A stretch of 64,000 nt of DNA from a bacterium. Lineage in GTDB: Bacteria; Fidelibacterota; Fidelibacteria; Fidelibacterales; Fidelibacteraceae. Shown in pieces: positions 29,304 through 40,802 of the stretch; the first letter of the stretch is position 1; the number at the start of each line of letters is the position of its first letter. The notes beneath the pieces are model-generated. The model saw nothing but the letters and a program-made list of their open reading frames with translations, did no database searches and had not been told where the DNA came from. Position numbers and translations under genes: made by a program. Location of the stretch: the NCBI GenBank assembly GCA_963676395.1, contig OY781066.1:928001-992000 (forward strand), given 5' to 3'.

Positions 29304-29524
29304 TTAATACCTCAAATTAATGCAGAATATTACAAGAAAAAGACATCACTTGCAATTGATTATTCGTGATTCACTTATCTGGAGACAATGTACAAAGACA
29401 GGCATAATAGCTGACAATAATTTTTAAGATCATATTTTATGATGATCTCCCAACTCCTTGCGAGTTAATACTTTGAATTTATTAAAATCCTCAATATTTT
29501 CCCCATAAGAAACTGGAGTTCCTC

Positions 29525-31642
29525 ATGGATATATCGATCATTATTGAAATGATTCAAAATGTTGCCGTATTGTTAGCCTTTAGCTTGTTATATGATTATA
29601 TGTGGCCTAAAGATGATGGAGCTCATACTATTTTCGGAAAGATTCTTGCCGGCTTAAGTATAGGTATTATTGGGATCATTCTCCTAAGCATACCAATCGG
29701 ACTATCATCCGAAGTGATTATCGACAGCAGAACCGTTTTATTGGCAATATCAGGCTTGTTTTTTGGTACAATCCCCACGATTATTGCCATGCTCGTGATC
29801 ATCGGCAGCCAATTACTTTTCGGTGGTGATTCATTGTGGATGGGTGCAGCGTACACATTAATTGCAGGCTTTAGTGGATTAATCTGGCGTCAGTATTTTC
29901 CAGCTAAAAAAATCAAATCCCCCTATTTTAATATATTACTCCTCGGTTTGATCGTTCATCTTTTTGAATTGGGTACCATTATATTTTTACCCAAAGAACA
30001 AATGCTTTCTACGTTTAAGAGCATTGCTTTACCCTTAATTCTTTTATACCCCGCCTTTACCGGACTACTTGGATTATTATTACTAAAACGTTGGCAAACA
30101 TGGAACACACAACAACAAAAATCAAAAGAAGAATTACAATATCGAGCTTTATTCGAAAATGCCGGTGAGGCCATTGTTGTGGCTCAAAAAGGTATGATTA
30201 CTTTTGCCAATAAACGTATGACTGACCTACTGGGCGTACCTTATGAAGAAATCAGATCAAAACCATTTACCTCATTCATCCATCCGGATGATAAAAGTTT
30301 GGTACTATCCAAACATCAAAATAGAATTAAACAAACAGACCACAATCAAAATCATTATTCTTTTAGAGTTATTACAAGCAATAACAAAACTTTATGGATA
30401 GAAATAAATTCTGTATATTTTTTATGGAATGGTGAACCGGCCTCTCTTAGTTTCCTTTCGGATGTTACCGAACAAAGACAAACGGAACGTCAACTTGTTC
30501 TTGCCAAAAATAAGGCAGAAGAAAGTGATCAACTTAAATCTATTTTTCTGGCAAACATGAGCCATGAGATCAGAACCCCTATGAATGCAATTCTTGGCTT
30601 TTCCGAACTTCTATCAATCAGTACGCTTCCGGACAACAAGAAAACTCATTATATCGAAATGATCCAAACTGCAGGAAAACAGCTATTGCATATCATTAAT
30701 GATATTGTTGATATTTCTAAACTTGAGGTCAACCAACTCAGACTCAACAAACAAGATGTTAAGCTCTACGATATTTATAGTCAAAGTATTGAAATATGTA
30801 AAAACAATCCTTTGTTAAAAGAAAAAAAGAATGTTGAGTTTAAGCTGAATCTCCCAACTACCTGTCGGGAATTAAAAGTACATGCAGATCCGTATCGCAT
30901 ACGACAGGCCTTAGATAACTTACTAAGCAATGCCGTTAAATATACAGATCAAGGCAGTATTGAATTTGGTTGTACCTTGGAAAAGAAAAAAGATACCGTG
31001 GTAATTAATACTTATATTCAGGACACCGGCATTGGTATACCAGAAAGCAAAAAAGATATTATCTTTAAGCGCTTCCGTCAGGTTGAAGAAAATCAATACC
31101 GGGAAGGTGCGGGACTTGGACTAAGTATTACTAAGGGTATTATTGATCTTATGGGTGGAACGCTCGATTTTGAAACAACAGAAGGGCTCGGATCAAAATT
31201 CTATTTCAGTCTAGAACTTGAAAAAGCGAAAGAGATTAAAACTGTGAATAAAAGCAAAACACTAAGCCTGCCGGACTTAAAAGGCATGAGCATTTATATT
31301 GCCGAAGATGATCTAACATCATTTTTTCTGATCAAAGAATATTTAAGCGAGACCAATGCAACCATCTCACATGCTTCTGATGGTGAAATCCTAATGAAAA
31401 TGTTAAGAAAACAAGTCCCTGACATGCTTCTATTGGATATTAACATGCCTAAAAAAGATGGATATACTTGTCTAAAAGAAATCAAAGAGAACAACTACAA
31501 AATGAAAATCATTGCCCAAACAGCTTACGCAATGGAAAATGAAAAAGATCGTTGTTTAAGATCCGGTTGTCAAGGTTATGTATCAAAACCGATTGACCCC
31601 GAAATTCTTCTTGAGGAAATCAGGAAGATCATTAGCAATTAA
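29525..31642 (+). CDS. Hybrid sensor histidine kinase (5TM-LytS-like + PAS + HisKA + HATPase + receiver)
   Basis: FLANMSHEIRTPMNAI, NLLSNAVKYT, DTGIGI, GAGLGL, LLDINMP. Confidence 0.93.
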   Translation: MDISIIIEMIQNVAVLLAFSLLYDYMWPKDDGAHTIFGKILAGLSIGIIGIILLSIPIGLSSEVIIDSRTVLLAISGLFFGTIPTIIAMLVIIGSQLLFGGDSLWMGAAYTLIAGFSGLIWRQYFPAKKIKSPYFNILLLGLIVHLFELGTIIFLPKEQMLSTFKSIALPLILLYPAFTGLLGLLLLKRWQTWNTQQQKSKEELQYRALFENAGEAIVVAQKGMITFANKRMTDLLGVPYEEIRSKPFTSFIHPDDKSLVLSKHQNRIKQTDHNQNHYSFRVITSNNKTLWIEINSVYFLWNGEPASLSFLSDVTEQRQTERQLVLAKNKAEESDQLKSIFLANMSHEIRTPMNAILGFSELLSISTLPDNKKTHYIEMIQTAGKQLLHIINDIVDISKLEVNQLRLNKQDVKLYDIYSQSIEICKNNPLLKEKKNVEFKLNLPTTCRELKVHADPYRIRQALDNLLSNAVKYTDQGSIEFGCTLEKKKDTVVINTYIQDTGIGIPESKKDIIFKRFRQVEENQYREGAGLGLSITKGIIDLMGGTLDFETTEGLGSKFYFSLELEKAKEIKTVNKSKTLSLPDLKGMSIYIAEDDLTSFFLIKEYLSETNATISHASDGEILMKMLRKQVPDMLLLDINMPKKDGYTCLKEIKENNYKMKIIAQTAYAMENEKDRCLRSGCQGYVSKPIDPEILLEEIRKIISN

Positions 31643-31824
31643 TGAATAAGTGACTATTCGATTGGAGATGCTGCTAAGCTTATTGTCTTTGTTTTATTTT
31701 TTTCTCACTGTTATTTTTCTATTTATCATTTGTAAATACGAAGAAATATTTTTTAATAAACATTTTCACAATAACTATATAAAAGAGGTTCCAATGTGGG
31801 TTCGCTATATTGGATTTAAACACC

Positions 31825-32490
31825 ATGCTTAAAATCACGATCATATACGATAACACCGTCGTTGAGAAACACGTCAAATCAGATTGGGGGTTTGCTGCCC
31901 TAATAGAATATCAGAACCATAACATACTCTTTGATACCGGCGCTGATGGGCATATTCTCTTACACAACATGAAGCTACTGGGTATTGATCCAAAAGACAT
32001 TGATATGGTTTTCATATCACATCATCATTTTGACCACACCGGAGGATTGGCAGCTTTTTTGCATGAAAACCCTGATGTGAGCGTCTATGTTCCGCAGTCA
32101 CTTCGTGGCATTCGACACGCTCGCGAAGTCCACCATATTACTGAAGCCTGTGAAATATTACCTGATATTTTCAGTAGTGGAGAACTCAACCATATTGAGC
32201 AATGTTTATTTATAAAAACAAATAAAGGGATCGTAATTGTATCTGGTTGTTCACACCCCGGTATCTCAAACATTCTTGCTAAAGCAGAAGAATTAGGGCA
32301 TGTACACGTTTTATTTGGTGGCTTACATGGTTTTGATAATTTTAAACTCTTGCATAATATTGATTTTGTTTGTCCGACTCATTGCACAAAGCATATTCAA
32401 AAAATAGCCGAATTGTACCCCAATAAATATATCAAAGGTGGCGTTGGACGCATATTAACATACCCCTTTAAAAATGAGAGAAACTCATGA
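31825..32490 (+). CDS. MBL-fold metallo-hydrolase (COG1237-like)
   Basis: ILFDTG, SHHHFDHTGG, GCSHPG, GGLH, PTHCT. Confidence 0.88.
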   Translation: MLKITIIYDNTVVEKHVKSDWGFAALIEYQNHNILFDTGADGHILLHNMKLLGIDPKDIDMVFISHHHFDHTGGLAAFLHENPDVSVYVPQSLRGIRHAREVHHITEACEILPDIFSSGELNHIEQCLFIKTNKGIVIVSGCSHPGISNILAKAEELGHVHVLFGGLHGFDNFKLLHNIDFVCPTHCTKHIQKIAELYPNKYIKGGVGRILTYPFKNERNS

Positions 32491-33332
32491 AAACCTATTT
32501 AAAATGCATACCCTGTTTTATTAAGCAAGCACTTCGTGTTGGAGAAATGACCTTTGAGGATGAAAAAGACATTAAATCCCTAATGGATAAGATCGGTTGC
32601 AGAATCAAAGATATTAACATGGAGCACACACCACCCGAGATTGGCGTTATGATCTATGATGAACTACATAAGATCACGGGAGTCGCAGACCCATATGCCC
32701 AAGAAAAAGCAAAGCATATTGCCGAAGCGAAAAGATTATATCCCATGTTAAAAAACAAACTATCGCAAGATGAAGATCCTCTGCTTATGGCCATACGCAT
32801 AGCAATAGCAGGTAATGTCATGGATCTTGGCATGGACAAACAATTTAATGTAGAAAAAGATCTTGAACATATCCTTCAACGTAAATTTGCCATATGTGAT
32901 TATGATTCTTTTAAAAAAGCTTTAAAAAATACTGATCACATCCTGTATCTGGGTGATAATTCCGGAGAATCTGTTTTTGATAAAATACTTATTGAAAACC
33001 TGGGGAAACCTGTTACCTATGTCGTAAGAGGTAAGGCCATAATCAATGATGTTACCTATAATGACGCCATTGCTTCAGGTCTTGGTGAAGTTGCAGAGAT
33101 CATCAGCTCGGGAACTCCGGCACCGGCAACCATATTGCCACTGTGTAACAATGAATTTATTGAGCGCTTTAATAAAGCGAATATGATTATCTCAAAAGGT
33201 CAAGGTAATTACGAAGGTCTATCCGAAACGGATCGTCCCGTATTTTTCTTATTAAAAGCAAAATGTCCGGTGATTGCCGAGGATATAGGTGTTAATGAAG
33301 ATGATATAGTTTTAATGGACGTAAATCGTTAA
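32487..33332 (+). CDS. DUF89 / ARMT1-like damage-control phosphatase
   Basis: CIPC, DPY, AIAGNVMD, DNSGE, INDVT, SKGQGNYEGL, LLKAKC. Confidence 0.9.
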   Translation: MKTYLKCIPCFIKQALRVGEMTFEDEKDIKSLMDKIGCRIKDINMEHTPPEIGVMIYDELHKITGVADPYAQEKAKHIAEAKRLYPMLKNKLSQDEDPLLMAIRIAIAGNVMDLGMDKQFNVEKDLEHILQRKFAICDYDSFKKALKNTDHILYLGDNSGESVFDKILIENLGKPVTYVVRGKAIINDVTYNDAIASGLGEVAEIISSGTPAPATILPLCNNEFIERFNKANMIISKGQGNYEGLSETDRPVFFLLKAKCPVIAEDIGVNEDDIVLMDVNR

Positions 33333-33391
33333 TACGAATCAAAATCATCGTGATCTTCAAAACATAAAATGTCTCGAATTCTAAAATTCTT

Positions 33392-33426
33392 CTTACGACT
33401 TACGACTTACGACTTACGACTTACGA
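33392..33426. repeat. Perfect heptamer tandem repeat (CTTACGA)x5
   Basis: Read directly from the sequence; intergenic, upstream of dtd. Confidence 0.9.
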
Positions 33427-33485
33427 ATTTAATTTCCTTTCGCATATTTTTAAGCTAAATTACTAAGTTTTAACAGGATAAAAAA

Positions 33486-33932
33486 ATGATCGCAGTAATT
33501 CAACGCGTATCCAAGGCTGATGTAAGTATAGACTCGAAGATAAAAGGCAAAATCAAGGAAGGACTTGTGATACTTTTAGGTGTCGCCACCGGCGATACAG
33601 AGGCTGATGCAAATTTCCTGGCTGACAAAATCTGTGGCTTAAGAATATTCCCCGATAAACAGGGGAAAATGAATATTTCCTTAAAGGATTCGGGAGGATC
33701 TGCGTTGATCATTTCCCAATTTACACTTTGCGGAGACTGGCGAAAAGGGCGTCGACCCAGTTTTACAAAAGCTGCAAAACCCAATGAAGGGGAAAAGCTA
33801 TATGACTATTTTTGCAAGGTCATAGATGAGCAAAACATTCATATTGAAACCGGAGAATTTGGTGCTATGATGGATGTATCACTTGTAAATAACGGTCCCG
33901 TGACTTTTGTATTAGACAGCAAACAAATATGA
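33486..33932 (+). CDS. dtd: D-aminoacyl-tRNA deacylase
   Basis: AVIQRV, SQFTL, KGRRPSF, NNGPVT. Confidence 0.96.
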   Translation: MIAVIQRVSKADVSIDSKIKGKIKEGLVILLGVATGDTEADANFLADKICGLRIFPDKQGKMNISLKDSGGSALIISQFTLCGDWRKGRRPSFTKAAKPNEGEKLYDYFCKVIDEQNIHIETGEFGAMMDVSLVNNGPVTFVLDSKQI

Positions 33933-33946
33933 TGATAGAGGAATGA

Positions 33947-34354
33947 ATGAGAAAAATTAGAGTAGTTTTAGCTAAACCAGGTTTAGACGGACACGACCGT
34001 GGAGCAAAAGTTATAGCAAACGCAATGCGTGATGCCGGCATGGAAGTAATTTACCTTGGGCTTCGACAAACACCCGAAATGATCGTTAATGCAGCCCTTC
34101 AAGAAGATGCCGATGTTATATCACTATCAATTCTCTCCGGTGCACATATGACGATCTTTCCAAAGGTTCTTGATCTGCTAAAAGAAAACGACATGAACGA
34201 TGTTCTTTTAGTTGGTGGTGGTGTTATTCCCGAAGAAGATATGGAAGAATTACGCAAGCTTGGTGTTGCAGAACTCTTTGGTCCCGGAACGCCCACTGGG
34301 GTAACTGTGGACTTTATTGAAAATTGGTTTAAAAACAGTTCAAGATCAAAATAA
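33947..34354 (+). CDS. Cobalamin-binding subunit of methylmalonyl-CoA mutase family
   Basis: [30 protein letters not shown]. Confidence 0.92.
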   Translation: MRKIRVVLAKPGLDGHDRGAKVIANAMRDAGMEVIYLGLRQTPEMIVNAALQEDADVISLSILSGAHMTIFPKVLDLLKENDMNDVLLVGGGVIPEEDMEELRKLGVAELFGPGTPTGVTVDFIENWFKNSSRSK

Positions 34355-34373
34355 ACTGTCTATGGGGGACAAT

Positions 34374-35078
34374 ATGGGGACAACAAACAAGACCATGAAA
34401 GAATGGCCGGAAGATGACCGACCACGAGAAAAATGTATCCGGCAAGGTGCCGGAGCGTTGACACATGCCGAATTACTGGCCATCCTGTTAAGATCGGGAA
34501 CAAGAAAACAATCTGCTCTTGATATCGCAAAAAACTTGCTCTCCGACAACAATGGACTCCTGCAGCTAGGCATGATGACAATAGGTGCTCTTTCAAAATA
34601 TCACGGTGTAGGTCCCGCAAAAGCAACAACGCTATCAGCGGCTTTTCAATTAGGTGCTCGTTTTCACGAAGCACTGGAAGCTAACGATACTCCGGTTGTT
34701 ACCGGTCCCGAAAGCGTTGCACATGCTTATGGGGAGCGTATGCGGCTCATGCGAAAAGAGGTCTGTAAGGTTATACTTCTAAATCGTGCCCACAAAGCCT
34801 TTAGGGATATCAATATTTCTATTGGCAGTGTTTCGGCTTCTATCGTACATCCGCGAGAAGTTTACAAGCCTGCAATCGACCATTTAGCTTCAGCGATCAT
34901 ACTGATGCATAATCATCCAAGCGGTGAGCTAAAACCCAGTCGACAGGATATAGAGATCACCCACACCATTCAAAAGGCAGGTGAAATTTTAGATATCCCG
35001 CTATTGGACCATGTGATTATAGGGCATTCAGGATTTTTAAGCTTAAGAGAGCAGGGACATATGGAGTTAATATCATGA
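34374..35078 (+). CDS. radC: RadC (JAB domain) protein
   Basis: DRPREK, ELLAILLRSG, GVGPAKA, VHPREV, HNHPSG..PS..D, LLDHVI; start uncertain (34362 or 34374). Confidence 0.93.
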   Translation: MGTTNKTMKEWPEDDRPREKCIRQGAGALTHAELLAILLRSGTRKQSALDIAKNLLSDNNGLLQLGMMTIGALSKYHGVGPAKATTLSAAFQLGARFHEALEANDTPVVTGPESVAHAYGERMRLMRKEVCKVILLNRAHKAFRDINISIGSVSASIVHPREVYKPAIDHLASAIILMHNHPSGELKPSRQDIEITHTIQKAGEILDIPLLDHVIIGHSGFLSLREQGHMELIS

Positions 35079-35830
35079 AATTACAATCATTTCAAAACGG
35101 ACAAACTATCCTTGAGCATCTACGGCGAGAGGAGATCGATATAGCCTTTCAAAAAGCTAAAGTACTTGTGGCAGAGGAACCTGAAAATGCTCTAATACAA
35201 TACTCTTTGGCAATGTGTTATCTTATAAAAGGAAATGAAAACAAGGCCATGGAGCATTTTAATCGAACCCTGTTGCTTGACCCCTCTTTTATTTCTGCTG
35301 CTGAAAGGCTTATTGAAATAAATAAAGACGGATACTCTCTTGGAGAATTAAAATATCTTTACACTCTCATTACCTCTCACAAAGAAGGTACCGAAGAAAT
35401 GTATCGTTTTCTGGATCAATTTTCGTCAACAGAAATCAATATGAACCTCTCAAACACCAAAACTCTATCTTCAAAAGAAAGTTCTTCCGATGGTGACGAC
35501 AATATATATATTAAGCATCTTATCACACAGATGGATAAATATGATAAAAATGCACCCAAACCCGATGGAGAGGCTTGCGCAATCCCTCAACCGATAACGC
35601 CACCACCTCATGAACCCCCACCTCCCCCGGAACCCGTTAAGGATGAACCCGAAATTGAAACAAGTAGTTTTGGTATAGAAACCCTTACCATGGCAAAATT
35701 ATATATCCGTCAAGGACTATACGAACAAGCTATGGCGATTCTGATGAAATTGTTAAAACGACAACCCAGTGATGAAAATATTCAAATTGAAATTGACAAT
35801 CTTCAAGTTCTCATGAGAGATAAGCGCTAG
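35075..35830 (+). CDS. TPR-containing hypothetical protein with Pro-rich linker
   Basis: N-terminal TPR-like helices; PPPHEPPPPPEP; C-terminal TLTMAKLYIRQG. Confidence 0.7.
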   Translation: MKLQSFQNGQTILEHLRREEIDIAFQKAKVLVAEEPENALIQYSLAMCYLIKGNENKAMEHFNRTLLLDPSFISAAERLIEINKDGYSLGELKYLYTLITSHKEGTEEMYRFLDQFSSTEINMNLSNTKTLSSKESSSDGDDNIYIKHLITQMDKYDKNAPKPDGEACAIPQPITPPPHEPPPPPEPVKDEPEIETSSFGIETLTMAKLYIRQGLYEQAMAILMKLLKRQPSDENIQIEIDNLQVLMRDKR

Positions 35831-35838
35831 GAGACCTT

Positions 35839-36912
35839 ATGAACACCGACAGACTAAAAAGACTTCGTATTATATTGGAAAACGAAAAATTAGATGGCAT
35901 CTTTGTGCGTCACTCATCAAACCTCCGTTATATTTCCGGTTACTCGGGTTCAAACGGGATGTGCTATATTACCCTCGAAGATGCATGGTTCTTTACAGAT
36001 TTTCGTTATAAAACACAAAGTGCTTCGGAAGTCAACAATATGCACGTTAATATCCCCGTAGGCAAAGGATTATTGCAAGCCATGAAGGACAGCGCTTGTG
36101 TAAAACCCGGGTCAAAAATCGCCTTTGAGGGAAATCATTTAAGTTTCGAACAATATGATGAATTAAAAAAACTATTTCCCGATTGCACTTTTATTAACCG
36201 TTCCATGCTGATGGAAAAACTTGCTTCCGTAAAAGAATCCTTTGAATTGGATTATTTCAGAGAAGCGGCTCGTATCACCGATACTGCATTTGCCGAACTC
36301 CTGAATGAGATCAAGCCCGGTATTTCGGAACGAATGATCGATGCTAAGCTTTCCTATATCATGAAAAGCCTTGGCTCTGAGAAAGATAGTTTTGATACTA
36401 TCGTTGCTTCCGGTATAAATGGTTCCAAACCGCACCATAGCCCCGGTGAAAAATTACTTCAAAACGGGGAACTGATCACCATTGATTTTGGTGCCATGTA
36501 TAAAGGTTATCATGCCGATGTGACCAGAACGGTTTGTCTTGGAAAGGCCAACGATAAACAACGTGAAATCTACAATATCGTTTTGGAAGCCCAAGAAAAA
36601 GCTATTGTCGCCCTTAAACCCGGCTTGACAGGAAAAGAAGTTGATGCCATCGCTCGTAATTATATCACATCTAAAGGTTATGGTGAATATTTTGGACATG
36701 GTTTAGGGCATGGACTAAGTTTGGAGATCCATGCAGAACCTCGTTTGTCTCCCACATATAATGAACCCTTATTGGCCGGCCAGATCGTTACGGTAGAGCC
36801 CGGTATATATATCCCCGATTGGAGTGGCGTTCGTATAGAAGATGATATTATTATTACCGCTGATGGAACTGAAAATATCACCAAAGCACCTAAGCACCTG
36901 ATTGAGTTATAA
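35839..36912 (+). CDS. Xaa-Pro aminopeptidase (M24)
   Basis: TDFRY, IDFGA, DVTRT, HGLGHGL.LEIH, TVEPGIY, GVRIED. Confidence 0.93.
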   Translation: MNTDRLKRLRIILENEKLDGIFVRHSSNLRYISGYSGSNGMCYITLEDAWFFTDFRYKTQSASEVNNMHVNIPVGKGLLQAMKDSACVKPGSKIAFEGNHLSFEQYDELKKLFPDCTFINRSMLMEKLASVKESFELDYFREAARITDTAFAELLNEIKPGISERMIDAKLSYIMKSLGSEKDSFDTIVASGINGSKPHHSPGEKLLQNGELITIDFGAMYKGYHADVTRTVCLGKANDKQREIYNIVLEAQEKAIVALKPGLTGKEVDAIARNYITSKGYGEYFGHGLGHGLSLEIHAEPRLSPTYNEPLLAGQIVTVEPGIYIPDWSGVRIEDDIIITADGTENITKAPKHLIEL

Positions 36913-37508
36913 TGAGCACACAAATAAATACCATTATTTTTGATCTGGGTAATGTACTGGTAGATGTTGATTATCCAAACTTTTGCAAAGTCATGAATTG
37001 GGATTACGATAAATTTATGAAATTCATATTGTCTGATTTTTTTCTTGATTTTGAGCGAGGAAAACATAGTGTTCAAGAATTCTTTAAAGAACTTTCATGT
37101 TATATCCCTTTAACAAAAGAGGACCAAGAGCGCTATAAAAACAATCTTACCAAAAAATTTCCCTTAAGGCCACGAACTTGGGCGCGACTTCATTACCTGA
37201 AAAAGAAGTACCGCGTAATCTTGTTTTCAAATACCAATGTATTGGACTATGAAGCCTTAGATAAAGAATTTGAGCTAAAGCGTGTAATACGAAACAGCTA
37301 TGTTTCCTATGCCCAAGGATACATAAAGCCTGAACCGGAAGCATATAAACGTGTCGAAGAGCTCTTTAAAATCGTTCCTAAAAATACTCTGTTCGTAGAT
37401 GATAAACCTGAAAATATTCAAGGGGCTCGCCATGCCGGTTGGCATGCCGAGATCACCGAAAACGAACAACGCCTATTTGAAGTACTAAAGGAATATGAGA
37501 TCACCTAA
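36912..37508 (+). CDS. HAD-family phosphatase (YihX-like)
   Basis: IFDLGNVL, SNTN, KPEP, FVDD..EN. Confidence 0.88.
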   Translation: MSTQINTIIFDLGNVLVDVDYPNFCKVMNWDYDKFMKFILSDFFLDFERGKHSVQEFFKELSCYIPLTKEDQERYKNNLTKKFPLRPRTWARLHYLKKKYRVILFSNTNVLDYEALDKEFELKRVIRNSYVSYAQGYIKPEPEAYKRVEELFKIVPKNTLFVDDKPENIQGARHAGWHAEITENEQRLFEVLKEYEIT

Positions 37509-37767
37509 ACGATTTCGATAACCTTGTGTATCAGATCTTTTTCAAAACGGACTCCGCCCGAGGGTCAAAACAAAAGCTTTAAATCCCGATTTTAAATTTA
37601 CAACAGGAATGAAGAATGTGTAACGAATGCTATTATTGCAAACATATATAAACGACCTGGAGTCATTCCTTTATTAATCTGAAACATACCGTAGAATTCT
37701 TTATAATCTATTTGTCAATATGAATCCAATACAATAATTTCCCATATAAAACCGGGGAGTTAATTTA

Positions 37768-38481
37768 ATGAAAAAGCTACTTATTGTTTTAATCGTTCTG
37801 CTAACTATTGTTCAAGCACAAAGTTTAAACGGACGCGATTACTTTAAATATGCTATGCCCGAAATTGCCAAAACATGGGAAGGATACGCTATTTTGGGGT
37901 CCGGTGCTGTTTTATCCGGACTGGCTTTAAACATTGACAAACCCGTACGTGAATTCATGACACGCAAGGCATATCTCCCCTCCTGGTTAGATGCATTGGC
38001 CGACTCCTACGTCGATGATTACTGGGCTTTTGGTGTCTCGGCGCTGGGCGCCTTAGGACGTGGCTATCAAACGGGAAACTATGGAGAATCTTTTAGATAT
38101 TGGGCTGCCTCCAACATCGGGACAGTTGCCCTGACATATGCTTTCAAATACGGAGTTGGAAGAATGCGTCCTAATGAAAAGGATAATCATTCTTATCCCT
38201 CTGGACATAGCTCAGTTGCCTTTGCAACCGCTACCATGTATCAAATGTGGTATGGCTGGAAGGCTGGACTTCCCGCCTATGCTTTTGCAACCATCACAGC
38301 ATTTCAACGTTTAGATAACGACCAACACTGGTTTAGCGATGTCATTATGGGAGCGGCCATCGGTATTGCTATCCCTTATATGTTTTACATCGGTGAAGAA
38401 AAAGCAAAACCCCAAGCTGCCGCAGCATTGGTAGTACCTCCAATATCAATTTCAATCCCTTTGAATCTTTCCGGTAAATAA
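37768..38481 (+). CDS. PAP2-family phosphatase
   Basis: K...GRMRP, SYPSGH, R....QHW.SDV. Confidence 0.88.
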   Translation: MKKLLIVLIVLLTIVQAQSLNGRDYFKYAMPEIAKTWEGYAILGSGAVLSGLALNIDKPVREFMTRKAYLPSWLDALADSYVDDYWAFGVSALGALGRGYQTGNYGESFRYWAASNIGTVALTYAFKYGVGRMRPNEKDNHSYPSGHSSVAFATATMYQMWYGWKAGLPAYAFATITAFQRLDNDQHWFSDVIMGAAIGIAIPYMFYIGEEKAKPQAAAALVVPPISISIPLNLSGK

Positions 38482-39548
38482 TGGTAGAAAAAATCACCCC
38501 ACAAATGACCCGACTGCTCATGTTATGGTTTGAGCAACATCGTCGCGAAATGCCTTGGCGAGGTTCGACTGACCCCTATCATATATGGGTCAGCGAAATG
38601 ATGCTTCAACAAACCCAGGTTACAACAGTCGTAAACTATTTTCATCGTTGGATCCAATGCTTCCCCGATGTTTACACCTTAGCAAAATCAGATCTCGAGG
38701 ATGTTCTAAAAGTGTGGGAAGGTTTAGGTTATTATACCCGTGCCCGAAATTTTCATAAAGGTGCCAGGTATATCGTTGAACATGCAAGATCAACCGTACA
38801 ACCCTTCCCCGAAAACTATGATGAATGGCTGAAAGTACCCGGTGTTGGCCCCTATACGGCAGCCGCAGTTTCCAGTATTGCTTTTGCCTATCCGGCCGCC
38901 GTAGTCGATGGGAACGTCAAGCGCGTTATGGCCAGATTATTCCATATCAATGAAGATATATCCACTCAAAAATACCATAAAAAATTGTTTCACATCATGA
39001 ACCAGGCCTTTTATGACTTTCATCCCGGTTGGGTAAATCAGGCGTGGATGGAGCTGGGCGCTCTTCAGTGTACACCAAATCCCAATTGCTCAAGCTGCCC
39101 GTTAATTTCTTTTTGTTCAGCTAACAAGAATGCTAAAGTTCACGAACTTCCGGTACGTAAAAAAAAGAAAAAAATTCCCACCCGTTATGGTGCGGCATTT
39201 ATTATCGGTAAAAATAAAACACTCATGCTAAAAAGACCTTCCGAGGGCTTTCTTGGTGGCTTATGGGAATATCCGAGTTTCACACTTAAAGAGCCGGATC
39301 CAACCTATCTAAGTAATTTCTGCAAGGATCATGATATTGATATCAATGAAGAATTGGCAACAAAAGTTCGACATACATATTCTCATTTCCATCAAGAGCT
39401 TACTCTCTATAAAGCCACATTGAAATCTAAGGGTGATTTTAAGGACTGGATCGAAGCACGGGAGGTAAATCAAAATGAAATTCAAGACCTTCCAAGATCA
39501 AAAGTTGCCATTAAAATTAATGCGATACTAAAGAATCTTAATCCTTGA
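38481..39548 (+). CDS. mutY: A/G-specific adenine glycosylase
   Basis: [32 protein letters not shown]5-C-X2-C-X5-C cluster, C-terminal NUDIX-like domain. Confidence 0.95.
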   Translation: MVEKITPQMTRLLMLWFEQHRREMPWRGSTDPYHIWVSEMMLQQTQVTTVVNYFHRWIQCFPDVYTLAKSDLEDVLKVWEGLGYYTRARNFHKGARYIVEHARSTVQPFPENYDEWLKVPGVGPYTAAAVSSIAFAYPAAVVDGNVKRVMARLFHINEDISTQKYHKKLFHIMNQAFYDFHPGWVNQAWMELGALQCTPNPNCSSCPLISFCSANKNAKVHELPVRKKKKKIPTRYGAAFIIGKNKTLMLKRPSEGFLGGLWEYPSFTLKEPDPTYLSNFCKDHDIDINEELATKVRHTYSHFHQELTLYKATLKSKGDFKDWIEAREVNQNEIQDLPRSKVAIKINAILKNLNP

Positions 39549-40800
39549 TCTCAATAATATCATCCCAATTGGTCGTATAGTTGGGACTTTTTTTATCTTG
39601 ATTCAACATATGCTTATTCTTTAAACCCAAATCGGCAAGCTTTACCGTATTTCTTCCATACTTATCATTTATCAGATCCATTGCCGCAACTAAACTTTGT
39701 TCACTTTCATTTGCTTTATTTTGTGTGAATAAATCTATTTGCAATGCCGTGTCTTGCTGGAGATCCATAAGAATTACACCGGCTTTTTTATACTGATACC
39801 CGGGTTTATATATTGTCCGCAGAGCTTCCTTAGCACGTTTCACCAAGTATAAAGTATTTTGAGTTACAGGAAATTTAACGATAATATTACGCTTATATTG
39901 GGGAAGATCTTTTCTAAAAGAATTTGTATGAACAAACACCATCATCGCAGAAGCATAAGAATGCTGTTTTCGCAATTTAACAGCACAAGTGCTACAATGC
40001 GTAGCCACGGCTTGTTCAAGGTACTCGTAATCGCGTATCATCGAACCAAATGACCTGGCGGTACATATTGCCTTTTTAGGATTCTCGCTAGATGCAAAGG
40101 TTATAGCTGCTTTACCTTTTAACTCTCTCTGCGTCCTTAAGCCTACGACCGTAAATTCCTTAAGAACAAAACCTTCCTGTAAATCTCTGTATTGAGCGGC
40201 AGTCTTCACCCCCAACATTTTCAGCTTTTGAGTTGTTTTTCTACCAACACCCCAAATTTCGCCGATAGGCAGATGAGATAATTCACGGTCAATCTTATCT
40301 TTATCTCGCAAAATAAAACAGCCTTCATGAATAGGATTCTTTTTAGCAATATGGGTTGCCACTTTAGCGAGCGTTTTGCTTTCGGCAAGGCCGATGCTAA
40401 CCGGGATACCCGTATGCTTTTTAATGATATATCTCATCTCCCGAATGAGCTTAAGCAATTTATGATCACTTCCGCCTTCCAATTCAAGAAAAGCTTCATC
40501 TATAGAATATATCTCTATATCCTTCGAGTACTCTCTAAGGATGCTCATCACACGGTGGCTCATATCGCCGTAAAGCGCAAAATTGGTGGAAAACACATGT
40601 ACAGATTCCGCTTCGATCAATTTCTTGTATTTAAAAACAGGAGCGCCCATAGGAATACCCAGCGCTTTGGCTTCATTTGAACGGGCGATCACACAACCAT
40701 CATTATTTGAAAGCACAACAATCGGTTTTCCCTCAAGATTGGGATTAAATACGCGTTCACAAGAAGCATAAAAATTGTTACAATCTACTAAAGCAATCAT
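39538..40800 (-). CDS. umuC: Y-family DNA polymerase V catalytic subunit
   Basis: [29 protein letters not shown]-terminal SPNYTT.W. Confidence 0.94.
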   Translation of the reverse strand: MIALVDCNNFYASCERVFNPNLEGKPIVVLSNNDGCVIARSNEAKALGIPMGAPVFKYKKLIEAESVHVFSTNFALYGDMSHRVMSILREYSKDIEIYSIDEAFLELEGGSDHKLLKLIREMRYIIKKHTGIPVSIGLAESKTLAKVATHIAKKNPIHEGCFILRDKDKIDRELSHLPIGEIWGVGRKTTQKLKMLGVKTAAQYRDLQEGFVLKEFTVVGLRTQRELKGKAAITFASSENPKKAICTARSFGSMIRDYEYLEQAVATHCSTCAVKLRKQHSYASAMMVFVHTNSFRKDLPQYKRNIIVKFPVTQNTLYLVKRAKEALRTIYKPGYQYKKAGVILMDLQQDTALQIDLFTQNKANESEQSLVAAMDLINDKYGRNTVKLADLGLKNKHMLNQDKKSPNYTTNWDDIIEIKD

Positions 40801-40802
40801 GA

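Noticed and set aside
31650..31832. 60-aa hydrophobic ORF
   Set aside because: Low-complexity T-rich intergenic sequence, GTG start without RBS, overlaps the next gene.
33392..33426. CRISPR array
   Set aside because: 7-bp units with no spacers; no cas genes; no CRISPR-like repeat-spacer pattern seen anywhere.
37604..37672. AGGAATGA...TCATTCCT inverted repeat as riboswitch or MITE
   Set aside because: Only 8 bp with a long unstructured interior; no known aptamer motif.
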